DNA of 61,737 bases, filler included, from Choristocarpus tenellus KU-1152 (lineage: Eukaryota; Protista; Phaeophyceae), in assembly GCA_964200185.2 (NCBI GenBank). It is 7 parts of 7 records of this genome, joined end to end, with 100 filler letters (N's around TTAATTAATTAA, not from the genome) between each part and the next. Parts side by side here need not be neighbours in the genome. Positions count along the whole stretch, not along the records: positions 1 to 21,524 come from CAXNAD020000337.1; 6 more parts are not named here. One strand, given 5' to 3'. The notes under the pieces are model-generated. The model had not been told where the DNA came from. It made no database searches and saw nothing but the letters and a program-made list of their open reading frames with translations. Positions 1-15,100 of the stretch are shown in pieces. How positions within the stretch are numbered: position 1 is the stretch's first letter; each line of letters starts with the position of its first letter. The translations under genes and the position numbers were made by a program.

Positions 1-23
1 ACCCCCCCCAGATACTTTGACCC
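1..23. mobile_element. MITE family B terminus
   Basis: CCCCCCCCAGATACTTTGACCC matches family B ends. Confidence 0.6.
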
Positions 24-123
24 TTTTTTTGAAACATCTAGAATGTTAGAAAGAAAGAGACCACAAATGCACTCTACCTTTGTATAGTAATAAAGAGGTG
101 TCACCATATTTTTTTCAACTCAC

Positions 124-3100
124 GTCATTGGTTGTCAGTGAAGCGTCCACACAAGCCCAATTCATACTGCCACTGTCCAATGTCAAAGATACATCTGTGT
201 TGCTTTCTGCATCTGATAGAATTTTCTTTCCACCGTCAGATGTGTTGCCAGTGAAGGTTACCACAAACTGCTGGATCTCATTCACACGAGTTGCTGATAC
301 GGTAAGAACCTATATGTAGATCAGTGGGAGTCAGGGAATACTTAATGCCTCATTGTTATGGCAAGAGTTCCACAAAGGAAAATGAGTTTGGTGAGATTGC
401 TTGGTATACTAATGTATTCACTTCTTTTGTTGGTCATTGACATGGCATTGATATATTAGAAAAAATATTTCAGTATGGCACCTTCATGGGATTAAATCAA
501 GTCTAGGGATCTCTGGTTTGACCATTGGATGTGAAGCAGAAATTCCGCGACATGTCTCTAGCAAGTTGGCATGGATGTATGAAATACGACTTAGGCAACA
601 TATCAACCGTTCATTTCATTCCAGTATACCTTACCTTGTCAGTGACATCAACTATTCCATCGTACCATCATGCAATACCGATTTTGCTTAGTGGGAATTG
701 TGACTTTCTTGGATTAATCTATGCCTTTAGACCTGAAAGGGCTATATTTCGCAGCCTAACTGAGAGTTTGAGGGCTAATTGTACCACTTCAATTGAGAAG
801 GTGCTAGACCAAGCATGCATTGGGTGCCTTCCATAAGATTGAGTGGTCTGTTTCTCAGTGCGATCAATTCTCAAATGATGTGCTTGCTTTTAGTGGTTAG
901 GAATAATGTACGTTTACACAGTCTAGCTTGAGATGACATCGATCTTAATGAGATAGTATTATCTGAACATCGTTACCAGCAATTGTTCCTTATACTCTCT
1001 AGGACTGAATATCTCATGCTGCTGTCAGACTTTTCGGAGAGATGTAGAACGATATGGAGGAATGAAATTGGCAAAAACTTTAATTAAGATGTTTTCATTA
1101 GACAAAATTTGAATTGCTGATGAATGAAATTGTATGCACAAGTCAGAAATATATTAATCTGTAATAGCTAAATGTTTTTACCTGGGTTTCATACACAGTT
1201 CCAATATCAGTGTAGGCGTACTGCCACTCATCAATATCATCTGCATCCAGGGTGATCTCTTGCACTTCATCAAAGTCGGATGCGTAAGTCGTCACAGTTT
1301 GCACATGCGGTGATACTTCATCTGCAGTGGTGATAACCATCTGTACCTCGTCTACACCATCCACCTGGAGATATAAGCGGCAAGGAAGAGGTGGAAAATG
1401 ACCAGAACCGATAGTTGTGCAGCATGCCATATCATAGTTTAGTGGAGTAACACATACACTACTTTATCATCCTTGAATAGTGACGGATATGCAAATTTGG
1501 AGTATTATACATAAGTTCTCTAAAGCTCGACATACTCCTGAGTAATCCAATTTCAAATTCAAACATGTGATACCTTTTTGATGGTTTACCTGTGTGCGGA
1601 CTGTCTGTCGCTCATTCGTAACCTCAACACTTGCCACAATCCACTGCTCCTCCTGCCCAAGGGAAGATGTGATAGCGAAGGATTGCATTTCCTGTACAAG
1701 AGGGATGTCTTCCCAACCCCCAGCCCGATTTGAACCATTGATGTGAGAGAAGTCAGAGTCCACATCCCATTCAAGGCGATAATTTGTTAAAGTGTCGCCG
1801 CCATCACGATCGGGCTCTTGAATAAGACTTGACACGCTTGTCGCACTTGATGTAATGCCGCCTAGCGCCTTAGGTAGACCTGGAACTTGGTCTTCTGTGG
1901 TGGCATTGGTTGGATCTGTTGCAACAACAGCACCATATCCTTCAGCATTAAATGCCGAGACTCTAGCAAAGTAGGTGACCCCAGACTCAAGTTCAGTAGA
2001 TTCTTCTCCAGTCAAGATGTCCCGCCCACCTATAAGGTGCTTTAGCGCTCCAGGCATGGCTATCACTGCCTTGCGTGAGGGTGAGTCGAACTTTGCACTT
2101 GTGTCCCATTCAACTAAGTATTCTTCAATGGCACTACCGCCATCCCCACCATATGTAATAAGGTCTGTTGATGGTTCATCCCATTGAACTAAAAGTCCGA
2201 CACCAGAGGTAATGTAGAGTTGCAAATTTTGAACTTGGCCTGGGGGGCGCTGCACAGGTATGGCACCTCTAGGATCAGGATATCCAGGCAATCCCCACTC
2301 GTACGAGTTGTAGGCAGTCACACGTGCATAGCGAGATAGCCAGGAAGAAGCAGCAGGGACGACAATGTTGTAGAAGTAAGGACCCTCCTCTTCTCCAACT
2401 GTCAAGATGTGGTGAAAACCAGATGTTGCAATGTTGGAAAATGTGGGATCAATATCCCACTCAATACGATACATGAATACTGTGTTACCTCCATTTGATG
2501 CCGGGGTAGACCAAACCAGCTTCAGCATTGCATCACTCATGACAACAAGGGCTACATTTTCTGGCTCAGTAGGGGCTTTGAGGGGTCGGAGACTAGCCGG
2601 TGTAGTCGTTGCCACCGCTCCATACCCTTCTACATTTCTAGAACGCACATGGACAGTGTAAGCCTCGCCAAGGGTAAGGCCGTTAATCTCATAGTTTGTA
2701 ATGGATGGATCTGAAACCTCTTCATATCCATAGTAAGACGGAAGTACCCCATCCTGACCCGCAGAGACTGATACGGAGGCACTTGGGCCTGTTAGGCCTG
2801 AGCCATCAGCCTCAACAAGTGGCATATCTCCCAACTCGCTGACGAAGGTAATTATCCAATTGTGTCCATAGCCGTTCACAACCTTTGAGACTGTGACATC
2901 ACCAATTTCAATAAGTCGTTCTAAGGCTATCTCCACATCAGTGGCTGAAGCGTCATGATCTATAGGGGGGGTGCTCTCACCACCATAACGAAGGCGGAAA
3001 GTGCCACTGATGGGCTGGAGCCCAGCTGTAACTTCAGCAATGTTAATTACAGGGTTTGTGCCAGACCATCCATCAGATGCTACAGATTCCATCAGAGGAG

Positions 3101-6100
3101 CATTGCCGTTGTATGATACAAACTTGACTGAATACTCATATCCATATGCCCACTTTTCAACAATGACTCCATCTGCCCCATATTCTTCATCAAATTGGTC
3201 AGGTACAGAGTAGTCGTCCAAAGAACCAAAGAACAGTGTCTCGCCATCTGTGGAGAAGCCTAAGACACGAGCACGATATCCAGCTAAGAAGATGATGTCA
3301 TTGACTACCAAGCTTGATTGTGAGGGGAGGATGGATGAAATGTTGCTGACACTTGCGTTGCTTCCACCAATGGCAACATCCACTCGTAGACCCGTCACAG
3401 CTTTCCTTGAGTAGTCTTGTGATACCTCAGCCTCTCCAACCGCAGGCAACCTTTCGAGAATTTCTTTTATGGAGTCAGTACCAGTGGCAGGTGCATCCCA
3501 TGCAATGTTCGCGGTTGTGTATCCATCAAAGGAAAGTTTATAGTATCCCCCAATATTTTCTGCATCAGCTGTTATTGACACTCTCTGCACCTCGCTCACA
3601 CCTTTCTTGGCCGATGATGTCACCATCTGGATCTCGCTCGTGCCCTGGTCAACACTGCTGAACCATTCGATGATATAGCCTGTCAGGTGCAATCCGCCAT
3701 TTGATGTTGGTGGAGACCAGTGGACAGCAAGTGAGGAACCATCGACCACTGCAAGGTTTGCATTGATTGGTACACCTGGCTGATCCTTGGGTACACCTAC
3801 GGCAGCTGTGCTAAAGATACCATATCCACGTGAGTTGTGAGCCGCAACTCGAACATAGTACTCCACTCCAGCTTCCAGGCCAAATATGTTGTACTCGAGG
3901 GGGTTAGTCCCTTTAACAAGCTCATAAATTCCAACATCTGCACCATTCCCTTCCAATCCTGATATGTCAACAACTGTAAACAGACCCAGGTCACCGGCAC
4001 CTGGCACAATTTCTTCGTTCACCCATGCCAAACTGATATGCCAGCTGTACATGAGTAGGTCATCATCCACAAGATACCGTCTGACGTCAGCACAGTATAT
4101 TGAGTCTATTGCCTCGAGCTTAGCCTTGAACGATTCAGCTTTCTCATTGTAGGTCATAGCGTCAATCTCCTTACCGTCGAAAGCAAGGGTGAAAGTCCCG
4201 GTGACCCTACTGCGGGAAAATATTGTCACAGCCTGCATCTCATAAGTGAAATCACCAGCAAAAATATCGGCACTACCTGCTACCTTCTCCCGAATTACCA
4301 GACTCGGGGCGTCGCCCACCAGTAGAGTTTCATCACCTTTCAACAATGCCAGATTTCCTCTCCATGCCATAAATTTGACTGTCCATCTGTAGCCATTTCG
4401 GTACGGCACCCTGCTAACTGAGATAGGGTTAGTAGCGATCTCCTGCACACCTGAGATACCCAGAATGGCAGTCTCAAGAGTGGATGCCGAAGAATCCCAT
4501 GACAAGTCTGCAGTGGTCTGACCTCCCCACGATAGAGTGAAGGTCCCTTCACGAGATCTGACTGAGTCCCCAGAGCGGAAATTAAGCAGTATCTCCTGGA
4601 CCTCAAGAGCGACTTGTATGTAATCTGTACCATAAGCTACACTAGTCTCAGAGAATGCCGAGGTACGGTCCCACTCTATGCGATATCCATCCACCTTCTG
4701 ACCCCCCTCCCTCAAAGGTGGTCTCCACTCCACACCAAGAGATGTGGACGTGTAACGGCATGCGCCAACGGTTACCGCGGTGGGTGGACCAGGTAGTACC
4801 CCAATCATTGGGGTCTCAGCAATAGTCAACGGAGATGAAGAGCCATAACCCTCTGGACCGAATGCTCGAGCCCTTAAAGAATACGTGGTGCCCTCTTTGA
4901 GGGAAACAAAGATAGATGACTGAGATCCCACTGCTGCCCCCTGACGGACTGTGTTGATGTATGCCGTCACACCAAGAAGAGAATCCTCAACGGTTACTTG
5001 AGGAAGTCTAGAAGATTTGTGCACTCCCCAGAAAGTGATAGTATAGACATAGCCGTAGAACCACTCAGCTGAAACACCATCTCCAGAACGCTCTACATCC
5101 ACTTGAGCCACTGTGTCAATAGTTTGAAGTGCAGCCTTCACTTCAGCTGCTGATGCTCCCCACCCAAGACTTGTGGTGGCATTCTCCTCGGGCCATAGTC
5201 GCAAGGCCCATGTGAGGTTCTTCTCAGCATTTATGTCTGACCACCAGGAACGACCAGAACGCAATGCAACCGTTTGCACTTCTGATGGGGATCCGATGGT
5301 TGCAGTCATGGGCATTATCCCCCGTGGACGTTTTATATCCACAGTTGCCCCTAGCCCTCGCCAATTCGCCTCTGTCTCTACTTGGAGTGTACTTAAATCG
5401 GTGTCAGTTTGCTTGAAAGCAAGGATCCATTTTCGACCATTGGCGGATTTGTATGCTCTCGCGGCATTGTAGTCTGATGTAAATGTGCCGGAGAGGCTTG
5501 ATGAGCCATTGTGTGCATAGAGAGCCCTAACTTCCATTTCATCAACATCACCATCGGCATTCTCCACCCAGATTTTGTCCCCTCTTGATACACTGTCAGA
5601 GATATCTCGAGTGAAGGAAGCATCCATTGTCTTGACAAAGACCTTCACCTCCAAGTCCCCCGATGTGACAGTGGGGCCAGTGAATGCCCGGTCCAGCATA
5701 AGAACATCATCATCATAGTCTGAAACTTCATACTCCTCTCCAGAAATTATGACAGTGGAGTTCAATGTAAGGTTTAGTGCAACTACCCCACCTTCACTCA
5801 GCTCTATTGTTCGTGACGAGTCATCCACATTAGGGTACGAATAGACAACACGTACAGGCGATGACAAATGTACATGCCCTGGCAGAATAACACGTGATAT
5901 GGCTGCGGTGCCAGCAACTGCAGATGTAACATATGAGGTTGAGTTTAACCCCGTTACATTGCGGTTGAGACGTATTTCTGTGGAGTCTGTGTCATTGTTG
6001 TACCTGGAGTATTGAGGAGGTGAAAGAGGGCTCCAATATATTAGAAGTGAGTTGAGCAACAAATGCATAGAATTTTGAAGATGAGGTATAATATGTGGAC

Positions 6101-9100
6101 TTGGCAGCTTGAAACCATTGTAAACCTATCCTCAAGAACATCCTAAATCTCACTATATTTTACAAATATTACTTGAGAAACGAACACTGTGATTTTTTCC
6201 AGTTTGGATTTCCATGGTACTGTCTCCCTATATTCGGTAGTATAGAGCTGTCAACAAACCCAACAGTTCTCGTAACCTTTTCTGTGCTTCTCACGAAGGG
6301 TCAGTTCACTTGGATACCCTCACAAGAAGGGAGACAACAATATTATTGGCAAAGCTACCATCATTGTTGAATGTAATTGTTGACAAGGTATTCTAGGTTG
6401 ATATTTTTTGCGGTGGAATAGCCCTTTTCATTTTGGCAGGATGCGACCTATATTGAAGGTCTTCAGTTCCATTATCGGTCAGCTAACAACAGTAGAAACA
6501 TATAGAGTTCTCTTGACCGAGGACGATTCACAAAGTGAATACAACGGTTGTTTTAAACCTATGTCAGGTACACTATGTAGTGGCCAAGCATTACAGCACG
6601 AGTTGAGGAAGGTTTAGAATACAAATGACTAAAGGGTCAACATTAGAAGTCCGCGTCTGCCAACATCGCTGTTGCTCAGGCCTTCAAAGTTTTGAGGGAA
6701 AAAAATATGAAAAGATAACCACAAAATAACGAACATCTCCCTCACGCAAACAAGCACATACATTTGACCAGTAATAGTCGTCAAGATGACAACGCATGTG
6801 AGCCCCCATAACCTGGTTTAAAGCAAGATATCTGTGAATAGCTTACCTCAAGCTATAAACTGAAAATGACTGGTCGTCAATTCCATTGAACTTCAATCTG
6901 TCCCCCGATGACAGGGTTTTGGTCCAATCACCACTTGTCTGCACCAGACTACTTTGATTTCCAACATTCACTGAGGAAATGTCGACGCCCCCACTGCCAC
7001 CAGGCATGACAGGGCTGAGGGTTGTCACCTTCCCAACACCAACCATTGTCTGAAGCACGTGCTCTATTCTACCATCTGAAGCATCATGTGACACTAGATC
7101 TGACACCTCTCCAGCAAGTGTAAAGCGGAAGTGACCAGTGATACCTTCCACGTCAGAAGCAGCAGTAGAAATCACAACCACTTCGTATGCCTTCACAGAT
7201 GCTGATGTTCCAGTGGTGAATCGATCACAGGGGGCCAGGCGGTCTGCTTCTCCTTGCTCAGGATCAAACTCTGTGATCCAAGCCTTTGAATAGCGACCTA
7301 GACGTGCTTCAGTTATACTGACTGGTATGGAACCAGAGCTTTCAAGGAGAGCCTTAAATTCTGCAGGTGTTGAAAAAAGTGGAAGGGTCAGCACCGAACT
7401 TTCACCGAGCCCTGGGAGAGAGAATGATCCCCCAAGCTCTGATGATGCTTCGGCAAGAATGACTTGGGCAATAGGATTTCCCTCAGCGCATGCCTGAGCT
7501 TCACTTAGCATCACAACCTCTGCCCATGGCTCTGCCCCTCCTTCAGAAGATTCGAAACTTTCACAGTCTAGGTAACTACCCATGCCACGCCCAAAGTACT
7601 CAGGTGGTACACGAAGTAAAGGCCAGTTTCCATCTCTTGACGGGTAATCTCCACCAAAGCGAATGAGGTAGTCATAGCCAAGCCCACTTGTTACTTGAAG
7701 TCCATCTGAAACGGGGTAGTAAGAGCCGTTGTCCACAAATACACGCCCAAAAACTGAGACTCCACCCGCCACATTTGGCAACTCTTCAAGAGCAATTCTT
7801 ACTTCAGCTGGACTAGCATTGTATGTCAAGCAGACTGTGTGATGCTCATCTAGGGCAAGCCTGTAGGAACCTGCTGTAACTGGCACTGCTGGTGATGCAG
7901 TAGATCCTGAGGACAGGGTGAGGCGCTGTACACTGGATGAAGGTCCAAGTCTGGTAGTACCACATGTGGTAGTGTCAGCACTCAGCTCTGAATAGCCATA
8001 AACATCTGGATAAGTTCCAGACTCAATCTCTTCAACGTAAGTAACAATATTACCATCCCCCGAGACACTGTGCAGGTCGACACTCTCAATCATGAGACCA
8101 GCAGAGTCTAAGAAACGCAATGCTAGGCTGGTAGTCCCACTGACTAAGGCACATTTTGATCCTGGGAGTTCAGAGAGCAAAATCACTGTGGATAGCACAC
8201 CCTCAACTGAAGCGAGACATGTGTGGTTGTAGGTGGTATTGGCAGTAAATGCCTCAACTGAAATGCGATCACCAGCAGAAATCACTTCTGTCAAATCTTT
8301 AGTAACGTTAACTGAGAAGAGCATTGCAGGTGTGGTGGCATTTGTGTTGTTTGAAATGCCTGTGACACATACGAGGCAAGCATAGCCAGCTTTGGGCTGT
8401 GGTCCAGTCATACCTATGAAGGTTACAGCCCAAGATGTCCCAGAAATAATGGTTGTATTTCCTTCACTAATGATGCTAGTCCAAGTGGACTCCGTAGCAT
8501 TCCATGTTGATGAGAGAGGTATTGCAGCTCTGGTAACATTCACCTCTGCAATATTTGTGAGGCTTTCAAGTGCATCTTGAACTTGTGCCGCAGTGGAATC
8601 ATGAGGCAGTGGATATGTGGCCAACCCACCGAATCGTAGACGGAAACGCCCTGTACTATCATCAAGAGCTTTATCGCTGATCACTGTCACCCTTTTGGTC
8701 TCGTTGGTACCAAAATTTGAACTTGTGGTCCATTCAACCTGGATGGGTAAAGATTGTGAATAAAGTAGATATGGATGCCAAAAAATCAAGTCTTATTTAT
8801 TTTTTGACTATATAGGTGGAACAAATGTTCAACGAGGTTGATGGGCACATGCTGTCAACACTAGGATTGTGGTAGCATTACTTGATATATAGTAATGATC
8901 GAAGAATATTAATCGCACCTCCTGCTACTATTTGAGCCAAAGTATCTTAGAGGGTAGGGTCGTGTCCATTTGGGGGTCAAAATCCAATGTTGCGATTTTG
9001 ATATAATCTTGGTTATTGTGTTTGTTAGGAAGTGTCAATATCCTTGTTCCAGACACACCTTTTTATAACCTACACATTTTACCTACTCCGAAAAAATGTT

Positions 9101-12100
9101 GGAGAGGAAAATGTCATCATAAAAGAACACAGGAAGCCAAACTCCAAATGGACAAACAGGATAAAACTCATACCCTCTAAGATGCTTTCACTCATTTTCT
9201 TCATTGTACTTCATGGCACCATACACTCTACACTTGTAAATTTCATCCCACATATACTCCCACAGTCCTTGAAGCAGAGAATATCCTCAAGAGGTGGGCA
9301 GAGTTCAATTATTGGAGGTGTGGTAAAATTCTCACTTTTATAAATTATTTGTATTGTTCGAAGCTTCTCTGTCAATGAGGGTTCATATTTCATATGGTGT
9401 CAGCACTTGATACAAATTTTGTTGATATGTGGCAGGCAGTGAACTCTGTGGATGAGAATATGGCTTGAATGATATGCTTCTAAGCATTTATTGCTAAAAA
9501 GCTCTAGAAAATCATATCCTGGGGTGATAATTGCTTTTATCTCTTCCCTCTATGCTGTGCTATTTGTTTGCATTGGGGTTTACTAAATGTTTTGCCGACT
9601 ATCTGCTTGGTAGCACAGGGGCTTACTAAATATTCTAAAAACGTTATTCTCGTGGGATCGAATCTTGCTATTGTTTCACATCTGTAAAAAGGCTAAACAC
9701 GCCACCAGGATACACAACCTCACAATAGTAACTGCCCCACCAAAGTTGATAACTGATTAGAGGGATAGCAACTCTCGGGCGAAACCTCACCAAGTCTAAC
9801 AGCTTGTGATCTCTGGGATTAGCCTTTGTTAGAACATTTAGCACAGGGGTGTACTAAATGTTCTAACACTATTTGCAATACTCTTCTATCTCTGGGCATT
9901 TCCTTTCATTGTGCACCAGTGTGCAGAAAAACAAGATTACATCTTCTCCTTCATTCCATGCATGACAGTTGCTTCTGAAATGCTCTAAGTGTCTCAACAG
10001 ACAGACAAAGCAGATGTCCAGAGATTAGATGCGAGACCTATAGTGATGTGACACAGAGATTGACACATGGTGGTAGGTGAAGACATCTCTCCCTCAATGT
10101 CCAACAATACAGCAGGTAGAACGAAAACAAATACGGAACTGTTTCAGGTATTTTAGAGGAAAATATTAGCACACCCATGTACTGTATGCCAGTATGACCA
10201 AGAGGGCTGATATTGAATGGGAGATTTCTCAGCCAAAGAATGCATAATCATCTTTCCTTCACCCTTTCTACCATTTGTGTGAGGAACCACTCCTCACCCA
10301 GAATACGATACAATATTCTACAATGCTTTCCTCTTGTGGAACAGCGATCGATCTAATGATGACTTACCTTGTACATTGAAGCATTTGCTCCAGACGAAGC
10401 CATGGAGTCTGGTGGGATAGAAAGGCTGACCTCTAGCTGTGATGCCGATACTGCTGTGATCTTCTCTATTTCAGGTGTGACAGGTGGCGATCTTGCGACA
10501 ACTGTGAGTGGAACAGCTCCCAATCCTTCATTGTTACCACCACGTGCGCCACCATCTACTGTTGTAGCAAGAGTAGATTCCCCTTGTCCTAGCATGTTGA
10601 TTGTTGACACACGAGCATGGTATGTTTGACCTACCTCGAGTCCGACAATGTCAAGAGCCAGTGCAGGAGACAAACCCTTTCGTTGTTCAGTCACAGCCAG
10701 CTCAGCACCATCACCAGAAATGGGTACGGCAGTAGAGTTGCCATCCACTTGCAAGTTCTCCACATCCCCCAGCTGCGTCTCAAAAGTAATAGTCCATGAA
10801 AACCCATGGGCTGCTCCATTAGGGGGGGGACCACGTGAAACAGTGACATCACCCACTGATGACAAATCTTCGAGGAGGACCTAGAAAGAATGAAAAACGA
10901 AACTTATGTTGTGAGGAGTGGCACAAACGTTGGTCAAATTAGTGCAATTTTCCATTTAGTTAATATTTGTACTACTAATATTCCCATTTTTGCATATGAA
11001 TGAGTAGAAATTTGGAACACTGACTTGTGATTGGCGCTACCTATGAAGGGGAATTTCAAAGGGTATGGATGTGTACATCAGTGGTTCAACAAAAATGTGA
11101 TGAGCATAATACAATAGAGTGAAGAGAGTGTAACAACTAGCTTGTTTGTATGACGAAATCAAGGGTAAAAAAATATTGTAACTTGCTGCTACTATGATAG
11201 TGTTCTCTTGTTGAAGCAATTACAGCTTGAATTAAAAGAGAGCTTGTTAATTATAGGAGCCACTACATTGGCCATCAATCTGCTCGCCTCATGGAACACA
11301 TTCTAGCGATCCATCAATGGCAATAATTAGGATCTTTTCCTCTGTCATATCTTGTTTGAACTCATTCCACAATATAATTATCTCCCATATTTACTCCTGT
11401 TTGCATTAATTATATACTCGAGAAGACCCTGAGTACGTTTTCTGTGCAGTTTGAAGCGCTCACAAGCAAGTGCGGTTGGAATACCGAGAGCTTTCTCAAA
11501 AACGTCTCACCAAGATTGTCTCATATTCCAAAGTAATTCAACCAAATATCTTGAGATATGCTTCGGAGTATTTATAAATCGACATTCACTTCCTGTGCTC
11601 TATAAGCAATTTGAGCAGGAGCATCTCTTTGGAAGAGGATCTATTTGGAAGTGTCATGCTCCCTCTACTCTGAGACACCTAAGCCATTACCTTTATGACT
11701 GTAGAAAGTAGACACAATCAGGATGGTGCCTTGATCGTGGGCAATTTACAACTTTTTGCAATTTACAACTTTTTTTTGAGCAAAATGAACAACCGATATC
11801 AAGCATTTGACTGTGGAAGGACAATACACTTACAAAATGATCAGTCAAGAAAACGGCCCGCTCAATAAATAGAATTCATGACTCACTATCAAACACGATT
11901 TTCCATTTCTTGATAGATGTTCAGTGCATTAAAACCTATTGCCCAGGTCATTGCTTATGTTGTCGTTTCCTGTGGGAAATATTATTAACATCATGAAAGT
12001 GCATGCTGGACTCCATCTGAGTGAAGCTGTCTATGCTGTACTTACAAGGGAATGCATATAAGGAATTGTGATTTTTGAAAATAGCATCACTTCCATACCA

Positions 12101-15100
12101 GCTACATTTATATACGTTGATCAATAGGAGGCATGGGTGACTGTGTCCAGGCTGAAACATTCATGCACTGAGTCTTCTATCCTGGCATAAGTATTGTTGA
12201 AATATATAGAACTTTCTTCTCACCTCCATGTCCTGGGCTGAGATGTCCCATGGAGCTGTGAATCCACCAGAGTCTTCAAAATCCACCTGGAAAGTTCCAT
12301 CAAGCGAGTCATTTCTTGCTGCCAGCCCTATTATCTGAATCTCTTGTACTCCACTTGGAGTAAGAACATTTCTGGCTAGAGAAGTAAAACCACCAGCTTT
12401 TCCCACTTGCTGTATGCTGTTGGTGACATTGCCTTTCAAAATCTGCACGGGTGCCTGTGGAAGGCTGACATTGCAGCCGTTGGTCCAATATGATGGATTG
12501 CCAGTGGGTGGGAGAAAGGAATCACGCATAGGTGTGCTCATTCCCAGGACGGCCTTTGAGTATGGCTGATCCTGACCTTCCATCCTGAACAACCAGAGTC
12601 CCACACCATCCCCCTCTGAATGGCCATACTCTATATATGAGGGTCGGTCCACTAGCTTATACTGCAGACGTCCATTGAGCAATTCATGCTGAGCAACGTA
12701 GGTGCCATTGCCGGCTCCACAGTTGGTAACCTCCAATGCCAGCGCAGATTTTGGTGATGACATCAACATGTAAGGCTTGTCTATTGGCCCCGAGAAAGAA
12801 GACAGCGTAACGGACCACTCAAATGCACCCTGATCATCAGGACCCAAACGACTAACCTCAACAGATCCTAGGCTGGGAAGGGACTCCAGAGCTTGTCGTA
12901 GCTCCTCAGCAGAGGCATCATGTGGAACAAGAGCATGTGGTGGCTTGAAGGCAGTGGCCCGGGTCGCTGTTAAACCCTCATACTCTTGCACTAGTGACAA
13001 ACTTGATGATGTAAGCGAGTCGACTTGCAAATAATAGTGGATACCTGACTCAGAGTCTCGAACAACTATGGCCTCGTCAGATGTGATGTATGGAGTTAAA
13101 TCCCTGTCGGTGAGGATGATTGCTTCACCATTGATCACATGAACACTTCCAAGAGAGTTAGCAGCGCCATATATTGGTACCCTTTCAGCTCCTTCTGGAT
13201 GGACTGTCTCTGTTTCAAAAGTGCAGGGATATTCTGCAACATTACCTTCTGCTACATCATCCTTGCAAGAAAAAGCACCAGATACAACGAGCTCCAATCC
13301 ATTCACACTCACGAGATCTCCCCGGTTAATGTAATGGCTGAGATCCGAGGAGCTATACACAACTCGCGACCCAGCATCCACAAGCACATATAAGGAAGAG
13401 TTGCCCTCGCCCAAACGCAGTGTGAGGTCAGCCCTGTAGCCAAATGACACTGAGAAGAAACCCGAGACTGCTGTGCTACCATTACCCGTTGTTTTCAATT
13501 CCACTACTGGACTTAGCATACCAGGTACTCCATCTCGTACTGTATATACATCCAGATAAGCCCCATCACTGAAAGCAGTACAATAGTTGAAATCCATCAG
13601 CTCCTGGTCACCATTGGAAAGGTCAGGTCCTGTGAAGAAAACATGTAGGTCAGAGGAATAGCTACTGTTGCCGGTACCATTTCCATTTTTCAACTCCCTT
13701 GTTGAAACGGAGACCCCATCCACTGTTGTGAGGGAATCCAAGGCAACTTGAACATCCTTGGCAGTAGCGTCCCATTCCAGACACCATGTAGTAGCGTTTC
13801 CTACTGTGAGTGAGTATGACCCATTTCTTGGAAAGATCGGACTTGTCCCCATGTCATTCGGAGAAAGGATCACAACCACAGCTTGGATTTCGTCCATGCG
13901 TTGTCCCAGTTCCCATCGGAAACTGTGTAGGCGTGACCCCTCCGCACCTCCCGCATTGATATCAAAAGGAAGCCCAAGACCAAGATGAAGATCTCCAGCT
14001 CTGACTCCTGGTGTGATTGTGACGTTTTGAGGGAGCTTTGGCAACGCCCCAACTACAAACTGACTAGGCTTGTCAGGGTATCCAACATATGCCCAGGGTG
14101 ACTGGGCATATGAATTGATGGCTGAAACTCGAGCTCGGTAAGCTTTTCCAGGCTTGAGGTCGGTTGCAAGATAACTAAATTCTCTATCATTATCCTCGCG
14201 GGACTCTAATACATCATTGTAGTCGACAATCTCAGCCCCGACAGGACGAAGGTTAACAGCTTGGCAGTTGGATGCATCGTAGTCTGTTCCATCTTTGATT
14301 GTTTTTATCTCAAGTTTCAGGCTATCAGAAACATCTCCACATTTGACTGCCTCCATCTCATCGAAATTGTATAAGGCAGAATCGGTTTTGTTGGGCGCAA
14401 ATGTTACAGAATAGGTGTACCCGTAGTCCCACACCATTGATCCATCGCCTCCACGAGAGACGATAACGGCACCCAGTGATGGACTAGATTCTCTCAACGC
14501 TAGTTGCACTGTGGTAGCTGAGGCATTCCAAGCCAAGCAATGACCGACTGTAACACCATTTAGGGTGAGATTAAACCTCTCTCCAGAGTGAGCTGAATCA
14601 TTAGAGGAAATAGAAACAATTTGAATTTCAGGACCATCTGCGCAACTTGAATCAAAACCATTGGTTGTATCCCATTCCACAGCAAACTTTGTCACTTCAT
14701 CTCCTCCATCTACTGCAGGAGAGTCCCAGAAGATCCACGCAGATGTTGCGGAGGCAATTGACATAGATATGTTGGTGGGAATAGATGGGGAGCCGATGAC
14801 TGGAAATACTTCTTCTGCACCGTTGTATGTGGCTATCACAAAAGCACTATATCCAACGTGGTTATAGGCATATATGCGTACGTGCCATTTCTTTGTGTTG
14901 GAGAGCCCAGAGATGGTGTAAGAGAAAGGTTTGCGCCCAACAACTACCTGTGCTTTTCCTCGTATCACTTCCTCAAAGTTTCCCTCTGTACTAGAAGAGA
15001 GGATCGGGATGTCGCCAGGTAAATTCTCAAACGTAACGTAAATGTATGAGTCCCCTGCAGCGTTGCATGAACCAGAGACTGTGATGTCCCCAACTATCCC

